A DNA stretch of 64,000 nucleotides from a virus. Below the pieces are notes generated by a model that was not told the DNA's origin, did not search any database, and was given only the letters and a program-made list of their open reading frames with translations. This document shows, piece after piece, positions 57,942-64,000 of the stretch; position 1 is the first letter of the stretch, and the number at the start of each line of letters is the position of its first letter. The translations under genes and the position numbers were made by a program. The stretch covers positions 3,941-67,940 of the IMG/VR virus record IMGVR_UViG_3300025647_000030; one strand, given 5' to 3'.

Positions 57942-58478
57942 ATGTCAACACCAACAAATCTTAATACTTTATCTACGGTACAATATAAATTTGATATTGC
58001 TAGATTACCTAATACTACATTTTTTATGCAAACTGCTATGATTCCCGGTGTAGATATTGATCAACCCATGCACGACCAACCAAGAAGAAATAATCAATTC
58101 ACAGGTTCAAAAATAACTTTTGATCCAATGATAGTTACATTTTTAATTGATGAAGATATGACAAACTATCTGGAAATCTATAGATGGATCATGGAAATAA
58201 TGAGAACCGATGATGAGAGAAGAAACAAAACAGATGCTACATTACATATTTTATCGGGACAAATGAACGCTAAAATGATTGCTAGATTTGTTGGTATATT
58301 TCCAACTTCACTTAGCGAACTTTCATTTGGTACTAATGATGATGACAATGTTATAGTTACAGCCACAGCCACATTTAATTATGCATATTTTGACTTCCCA
58401 CAACAATCCACTATTATGGGTACTGATGACCTTACGCAATTAAACATCAATGGAAATACAATAACATTTGACATATGA
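57942..58478 (+). CDS. gp3: Tail tube terminator/completion protein gp3
   Basis: YKFDIARLPNTTFFMQTAMIPG; GSKITFDPM.VTFLIDEDMTNYLEIYRW; FPTSLSEL.F. GATAAATA variant promoter at 57913. Confidence 0.88.
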   Translation: MSTPTNLNTLSTVQYKFDIARLPNTTFFMQTAMIPGVDIDQPMHDQPRRNNQFTGSKITFDPMIVTFLIDEDMTNYLEIYRWIMEIMRTDDERRNKTDATLHILSGQMNAKMIARFVGIFPTSLSELSFGTNDDDNVIVTATATFNYAYFDFPQQSTIMGTDDLTQLNINGNTITFDI

Positions 58479-58496
58479 TTAAATTTTTAGTATAAT
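58468..58496 (+). promoter_or_regulatory. Consensus sigma70 (early-type) promoter for uvsY-uvsW-gp55-gp47-gp46
   Basis: TTGACA-17 nt-TATAAT. Confidence 0.88.
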
Positions 58497-58529
58497 TAAT
58501 AATATTTAATTAAATACTAGGATTTTTAT

Positions 58530-58955
58530 ATGAAATTACGCGAATTGCAGGAAATGATAGAAATTGATGGTGAGTTACGTATTGATGTACTTGACGCACA
58601 ATCAATAGAAACCGCCAAATTACAATCTAAATATTTTGTATTATATTCGAATATTATGGGTGAAAAGAAAAATCTGGAATATGAATTATCAGATTTATTA
58701 ATGTTTAAATATAAATATTATAAAGGTCAATGTGATCCCGAAGTATATAAACAGAAACCATTTCATGAAAAATTAACAAATTCTGGTGTAGAAGCACACG
58801 TTAATGCTGATGAAGAAGTTTTAAAAATAAAAAAGAAAATTGATCTATGCGATATTAAATTAGTTTTAGTTGATGATATGAAAAAATCATTAGCTAGTAG
58901 AAACTGGAATATTAGAAATGCTATAGACTTTTTAAGGTTTAAAAATGGTATGTGA
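58530..58955 (+). CDS. uvsY: Recombination mediator UvsY
   Basis: KLQSKY; YKYYKGQCDPEVYKQKPF; ADEE; SRNWNIRNAIDFLRFKNG; upstream of uvsW. Confidence 0.9.
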   Translation: MKLRELQEMIEIDGELRIDVLDAQSIETAKLQSKYFVLYSNIMGEKKNLEYELSDLLMFKYKYYKGQCDPEVYKQKPFHEKLTNSGVEAHVNADEEVLKIKKKIDLCDIKLVLVDDMKKSLASRNWNIRNAIDFLRFKNGM

Positions 58956-60403
58956 TGAGTGATATAGAAATAAAAAGAATAAATGAAAGTTTTGTTTATG
59001 TAAATTGTGAAGATGTTGGAATTTATTATGAGTTAAATGATTCTTTCTCTTTTTATGTCGATGGATATAAATTCATGCCAAAGTATAGAAATGGACTTTG
59101 GTCGGGTAAAGTATATTTATTTAACATGAATAATAAAACAACCTATTATGGATTGATAGGCCAGTTAATTAAGTTTGCAAAATATAATGGATATTCAATA
59201 TCATTTTGTGATGATATAAATAAAAACTTTGATGAAGTCCAATATGATTTTTCTGATTTAAATTTACCATTTGAACCATATGGTTATCAAGTTAATGCTA
59301 TTAATAAAATTTTAAATAATAAAAAGAGATTGATAGTATCACCAACCGGTTCAGGTAAATCATTAATAATATATTGTTCCGTTAGGAAGATTATGGAACA
59401 AGGTAAAAAGATTTTAATTGTTGTGCCAACTGTATCATTGGTTGAGCAATTATATAAAGACTTTGTTGATTATGGTTGGAACTCATTGGATGAACACGTA
59501 CATAAGATTTATTCCGGTAAAGAAAAAAATAATTCTTATGATGTAACACTGACAACGTGGCAAAGTATTTTTAAATTAAATAAAAATTGGTTTGAAGATT
59601 TTGATGCTGTTTTTATAGATGAAGCACATTTGGCTTCCGCAAATTCATTGAAAGGAATAATGGAGAAATCTGTAAATGCTCAATATAGAGTTGGTTTAAC
59701 TGGCACCGTACAAGATGCTAAAGCAAATAAATTAACATTAATTGGGTTATTTGGTGAACCATATGACACCATTAAGTCTAAAAAATTAATGGATGATGGT
59801 GTATTATCCGATCTTAAAATTAATGCGCTTATTCTGAATCACATAGATGTTGATAAGAAAGCAGTTTCTAAAATGAAATATCAGGAAGAATTAAATGTTA
59901 TTGTTGAGGATCGTAAAAGAAACAATCTTATTCTTAACTTAGCAGTAGATCAAGAATATAATACATTAATATTATTTAATTATGTGGAAAGACATGGTGA
60001 AAAACTCTATAGCATATTATTAGAGAAATGTCAAGATAAAAAGATATTTTTTATTCATGGTAACACACCGGTTAATGATAGAGAATACGCTAGAGAGTTT
60101 ACAGAGAAAAATAATAATGTTATAATACTAGCATCATATGGAGTATTTTCAACGGGAATTAATATTAAAAATTTGAATTGTGTAATATTTGCTCATCCTT
60201 ATAAATCTAAGGTTAAGAATTTACAATCCATTGGCCGTGTTCTTAGAATTGCACCAAATGGTAAGTCAGCAGTATTATATGATATAGCAGATGATTATTC
60301 TTGGAAAAATAAAAAGAATACAACATATAAACATTTTTTAGAAAGATTAGAGCTATACGAGAAAGAAAAATTTAACTGTAAAATAAAGGTGATTGATGTA
60401 TGA
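58955..60403 (+). CDS. uvsW: SF2 RNA-DNA/DNA helicase UvsW
   Basis: GYKFMPKYRNGLWSGK, SPTGSGKS, IDEAH, GLTGT, ASYGVFSTGINIKNL, QSIGRVLR. Confidence 0.96.
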   Translation: MSDIEIKRINESFVYVNCEDVGIYYELNDSFSFYVDGYKFMPKYRNGLWSGKVYLFNMNNKTTYYGLIGQLIKFAKYNGYSISFCDDINKNFDEVQYDFSDLNLPFEPYGYQVNAINKILNNKKRLIVSPTGSGKSLIIYCSVRKIMEQGKKILIVVPTVSLVEQLYKDFVDYGWNSLDEHVHKIYSGKEKNNSYDVTLTTWQSIFKLNKNWFEDFDAVFIDEAHLASANSLKGIMEKSVNAQYRVGLTGTVQDAKANKLTLIGLFGEPYDTIKSKKLMDDGVLSDLKINALILNHIDVDKKAVSKMKYQEELNVIVEDRKRNNLILNLAVDQEYNTLILFNYVERHGEKLYSILLEKCQDKKIFFIHGNTPVNDREYAREFTEKNNNVIILASYGVFSTGINIKNLNCVIFAHPYKSKVKNLQSIGRVLRIAPNGKSAVLYDIADDYSWKNKKNTTYKHFLERLELYEKEKFNCKIKVIDV

Positions 60404-60792
60404 TTCCTAGACAACCAAAAAAAGAAGAGATTTTAAAATATATCGATAAAGTTATAACATTGGTTAATGGTTCTATATTAATTGGAAGAGTTTTAGTTGA
60501 TGAGGAATACTTAAATGAACATTCTATTACGGTTTTTAGACCAATGGAAGTAATTGATGATTCTGTAGATGTTTATTTAAGAAAATGGATTGGACCATCA
60601 AAAGACGATGTATATTACATACCTCTTGAAAAAATACTTAATGTGTCAAATCCAAATAATATGTTTTTATCTTCATTTGAAAATATTTTAAATAAAGATT
60701 ATTCCGAATATCAATCAAATGATGAAAATTCAGAAGAAATGGAAGATGCTTTTGATGAAGAAGAAGTTTATGATGAAATAGTGAAACATTGA
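60400..60792 (+). CDS. Hypothetical protein between uvsW and gp55 (small beta fold, acidic tail)
   Basis: ITLVNGSILIGRV...PMEV...LRKWI; overlaps the uvsW stop. Confidence 0.7.
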   Translation: MIPRQPKKEEILKYIDKVITLVNGSILIGRVLVDEEYLNEHSITVFRPMEVIDDSVDVYLRKWIGPSKDDVYYIPLEKILNVSNPNNMFLSSFENILNKDYSEYQSNDENSEEMEDAFDEEEVYDEIVKH

Positions 60793-60802
60793 GGATTATA
60801 TT

Positions 60803-61264
60803 ATGGGTGATAATAATTATGTTAGTAATAAAGATTTTTATTTTTTGATGCAGGAACGAAAAAAAATAATCAAAGATTGTGAACAAAAAAATTTGCCAAT
60901 ACCAAAAATAAACGATAAGATAGGTAAAATTATACTTGACATTGCTACTAATTTGGCTTATAGGTATAATTTTATTAATTATACGTATAGGGATGAAATG
61001 ATTGGCGATGCTATTGAAACGTGCATAAGATATATTGATAATTTTGATACCAACAAATCATCCAATCCATTTTCTTATTTTACGCAGATTTGTTATTTTT
61101 CTTTTGTTAGACGAATTAACAAAGAAGCAAAGCAACATGATATTAAGAAGAAGTATATTGAAAAAATGGGTGTAGATTTTGAATCTTATTCAGCGCAAAT
61201 CCATGATGATGATAAAGCATTTACTAATACATCATTGGAATTTGCCTTAGAAAATTTCGTTTAG
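60803..61264 (+). CDS. gp55: Late-transcription sigma factor gp55
   Basis: NYVSNKDF, NFINYTYRDEMIGDAIE, FD..KSSNPFSYFTQICYFSFVRRI.KE.KQ. Confidence 0.96.
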   Translation: MGDNNYVSNKDFYFLMQERKKIIKDCEQKNLPIPKINDKIGKIILDIATNLAYRYNFINYTYRDEMIGDAIETCIRYIDNFDTNKSSNPFSYFTQICYFSFVRRINKEAKQHDIKKKYIEKMGVDFESYSAQIHDDDKAFTNTSLEFALENFV

Positions 61265-61277
61265 GTTTTTTTATATT

Positions 61278-62336
61278 ATGACAAAATTAGCATTTATAAA
61301 TGACTGCCACATAGGTGTTCGTAATGACTCAACTGTATTTCTTGAAGCACATAAGAAATTCTTTACCGAATTGTTTATTCCAACATTGGAAAAAGAGCAA
61401 ATTAAAGATGTAGTTATACTTGGTGATTTATTTGATAGAAGAAAATATATTAATTTTAATACGGCACATGAATGTAAAAAATGGCTATTTGATGTTCTTT
61501 TAGAAAAAAATATAAAGGTTGATATTCTGGTTGGTAACCATGATTGTTCTTTTAAGAACACAAATCGAGTTAATTCTCCGAATCTTATATTAAAAGAATA
61601 TGGTAATGTAAAAGTACACACTTCACCAACCGAACTTATTATTGATGATGAACGTATTGGTCTTGTTCCATGGATTAATATGGAAAACGAAGATGAATCA
61701 TTCAACTTCATTAATAGTTTTAAAGGTGATATTTTACTTGGTCATTTTGAAATTTCTGGCTTTGAAATGCATAAAAATGGTGGTGTTTGTCATGATGGAA
61801 TTGACAAGAAACTGTTTAATAAGTATGAATATGTATTTTCTGGTCATTTCCATGAACCATCTATAAATGGAAATATTCAATATTTAGGTTCTCCAATGCA
61901 ATTTACATGGGCGGATTATGATTGCTCTAGAGGGTTTCATATATTTGATTTGTCAAATAGAGAATTGACAAAAGTTGAAAATAATGATAAGATGTTCCAT
62001 AAAATCTTTTATGATGAAGATATTGATATTATTGAATTTGATTATGATTCTTTAAAGGATAGAATTGTTAGAGTTATTGTTGGTGAAAAAGAAGATCAAC
62101 ATAAATTTGATCTTTTTATCGATAAAATTCAGCAGATTAATCCATTCCAATTTGATATTGTTGATAATTCAATATATCAGATGTCAGAAGATTTTGATGA
62201 AAAACTCATTAAAAATGAGGATACTATGACTATAGTTTCATCATATATTGATGATCTTGAACTTGATTTTGATGGTGATCAGATTAAGAAATTATTTAAG
62301 GAACTTTATATAGAAGCATTATCTGAAATGGATTAA
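61278..62336 (+). CDS. gp47: Recombination endonuclease subunit gp47 (Mre11-like)
   Basis: NDCHIGVR, LGDLFDRRK, VGNHD, GHFE, SGHFH, YLGSP...TWADY. Confidence 0.96.
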   Translation: MTKLAFINDCHIGVRNDSTVFLEAHKKFFTELFIPTLEKEQIKDVVILGDLFDRRKYINFNTAHECKKWLFDVLLEKNIKVDILVGNHDCSFKNTNRVNSPNLILKEYGNVKVHTSPTELIIDDERIGLVPWINMENEDESFNFINSFKGDILLGHFEISGFEMHKNGGVCHDGIDKKLFNKYEYVFSGHFHEPSINGNIQYLGSPMQFTWADYDCSRGFHIFDLSNRELTKVENNDKMFHKIFYDEDIDIIEFDYDSLKDRIVRVIVGEKEDQHKFDLFIDKIQQINPFQFDIVDNSIYQMSEDFDEKLIKNEDTMTIVSSYIDDLELDFDGDQIKKLFKELYIEALSEMD

Positions 62337-62340
62337 TATT

Positions 62341-64000
62341 ATGGTGATTTTTAAAAATATAAAATGGAAGAATTTTCTTTCATTTGGTAATCAGTTTACT
62401 GAAGTAAATTTACACTCTAACCAAACAACCGTTATTGTAGGCTCAAATGGTGCTGGTAAGTCAACAATGTTGGATGCTATTTCATTTGTTCTATATGGTA
62501 AACCCTATAGGAATATTAATAAACCGCAGTTAATTAATAGTGTTAATGGTAAAGAATGTTTAGTTGAAATTAATTTTACTGTTGGTAAAAATGAATATAA
62601 GGTTATACGTGGTATTAAACCAAATATATTTGAAATATATGAAGATGGTAAATTAATTGATCAGGAGTCACATGTCAGTGATTACCAGTTTTATTTAGAG
62701 AAAAATATTCTTAAAATGAACTATACTGCTTTTACTCAAATTGTTGTATTGGGTAAAGCAACGTATGTTCCGTTTATGAAACTTAAACCACAAGACAGAA
62801 GAAATCTCATTGAAGAACTTCTTGGATTAACAATTTTTTCTAAGATGAATGAGGTACTTAAAAATAGATTAACAATGTCTAAAAATGAAAAATATGAACT
62901 TGAAAATCATATTGAATTATATACCGATAAGATCAATTTAAAGAAAAAATATATTGATAGAGTATCACTTGATAATGATGAGAGAGTTAATAAAATTAAT
63001 TCCGATATTAATATACTTAAAGAAAAAAATGAACTACATCAAAAAGAATATGATGATATTTTACAAAGTAAGAATAATCTATTAAGTTTTCTTGTTAATC
63101 ATGAATCCACAAAAAATAAGCAAAAGAATTTAGATAAAATTGAATATGAATTTAATAATAAAATTAAACGCATAAAAAAGGATATTAAATTCTTTAATGA
63201 CAATGATGTGTGTCCAACGTGTAGTCAGGATATACACCATGTTTTTAAAAATGAAATGGTTGATAGATATACTAATACTCTTACCGAATTGGAAAATGAT
63301 TCAGAAAAATTAAATAATGAACTTAAAAAGGTTGAAGATAAAATAAAAGTTTTTGAGAACTATGTTCATGATATTTCTACTTTTGATAAAAGACTAGCTG
63401 AAATACAAACATCCATTAAATACAATGATAATTTAATAGATAAGTTATATGGTGACCTTAAACAAAATGTAAATGTCAACGTTGATGATGAAAAAAATGA
63501 ACTTATTTTAATGTATGATGAATTTGAGAAATTTAAGGACAAAAAATCAAATATAAATGTATTACTTGGATATTACCAATCAATAGGAACAATGTTAAAG
63601 GATACTGGTATTAAATCTGTAATTGTACAAAAATACTTACCTATTTTTAATAATTTTATTAATCAGTACTTGACAAAGTTTGATTTTTTTGTTAAATTCC
63701 AATTAGATGAAACATTTAATGAAACAATTTTGTCTAGAAATCGTGATCATTTTAGTTATAGTTCGTTTTCTGAAGGTGAAAAACTTCGAATTGATATGGC
63801 TATATTATTGACATGGAGAGAAATATCCAAGATGAAAAATTCTATGTCAACGAATTTATTGATTATGGATGAGATATTTGATTCATCATTAGATCAAACA
63901 GGTGTTGATGCTTTTATTGATTTAATACCGAAAATGGAGTTTGCAAATATTTTTGTAATATCACATACTCCGGATAAACTGTATAATAAGTTTAAAAATA
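62341..64000 (+). CDS. gp46: Recombination endonuclease subunit gp46 (Rad50-like), runs off the right edge
   Basis: MVIFKNIKWKNFLSFGN; Walker A GSNGAGKST; CPTC zinc hook (~63211); signature FSEGEK; Walker B LIMDEIFD; VISH. Confidence 0.96.
   Translation, partial: MVIFKNIKWKNFLSFGNQFTEVNLHSNQTTVIVGSNGAGKSTMLDAISFVLYGKPYRNINKPQLINSVNGKECLVEINFTVGKNEYKVIRGIKPNIFEIYEDGKLIDQESHVSDYQFYLEKNILKMNYTAFTQIVVLGKATYVPFMKLKPQDRRNLIEELLGLTIFSKMNEVLKNRLTMSKNEKYELENHIELYTDKINLKKKYIDRVSLDNDERVNKINSDINILKEKNELHQKEYDDILQSKNNLLSFLVNHESTKNKQKNLDKIEYEFNNKIKRIKKDIKFFNDNDVCPTCSQDIHHVFKNEMVDRYTNTLTELENDSEKLNNELKKVEDKIKVFENYVHDISTFDKRLAEIQTSIKYNDNLIDKLYGDLKQNVNVNVDDEKNELILMYDEFEKFKDKKSNINVLLGYYQSIGTMLKDTGIKSVIVQKYLPIFNNFINQYLTKFDFFVKFQLDETFNETILSRNRDHFSYSSFSEGEKLRIDMAILLTWREISKMKNSMSTNLLIMDEIFDSSLDQTGVDAFIDLIPKMEFANIFVISHTPDKLYNKFKN

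Noticed and set aside
48149-64000. Introns, inteins or homing endonucleases in gp17, gp20, gp23, uvsW, gp47, gp46
   Set aside because: All are of ordinary length with contiguous motifs; no LAGLIDADG, HNH or GIY-YIG ORF or intein termini seen.
1-64000. tRNA or rRNA genes
   Set aside because: Intergenic gaps are short and I recognised no cloverleaf or rRNA-like sequence.

Overview
This 64-kb window is an AT-rich, gene-dense segment of a large T4-like myophage genome, with essentially all genes on the + strand. Gene order: baseplate hub (partial), gp5, a 2057-aa beta-propeller protein, PAAR/gp5.4, gp25, gp6, gp7-like, gp8, two tandem VrlC/DUF4815-type giants, a ~17-kb accessory fibre/decoration cluster, gp13-gp23 (neck, terminase, tail, head), gp3, uvsY, uvsW, gp55, gp47 and gp46 (partial). 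Late TATAAATA promoters, a C(UUCG)G terminator and a perfect sigma70 promoter are visible. The main oddities are: (1) the PAAR spike-tip gene is interrupted by a 9-nt GGT-TAA-CTA-GGT insert resembling a ribosomal stop-hop site; (2) an antisense sigma70 promoter between gp15 and gp16 would make a ~70-nt two-hairpin RNA with five GGA motifs (CsrA/RsmA-sponge-like or origin-associated); (3) a glycosyltransferase-sulfotransferase-GT9-like cassette sits directly behind a fibre made of ~32 17-aa repeats with three combinatorially shuffled dipeptide slots; (4) the VrlC-like genes are duplicated, with a propeller insertion in one copy and patches of identical DNA. All product calls come from motif recognition and synteny; no searches were run.
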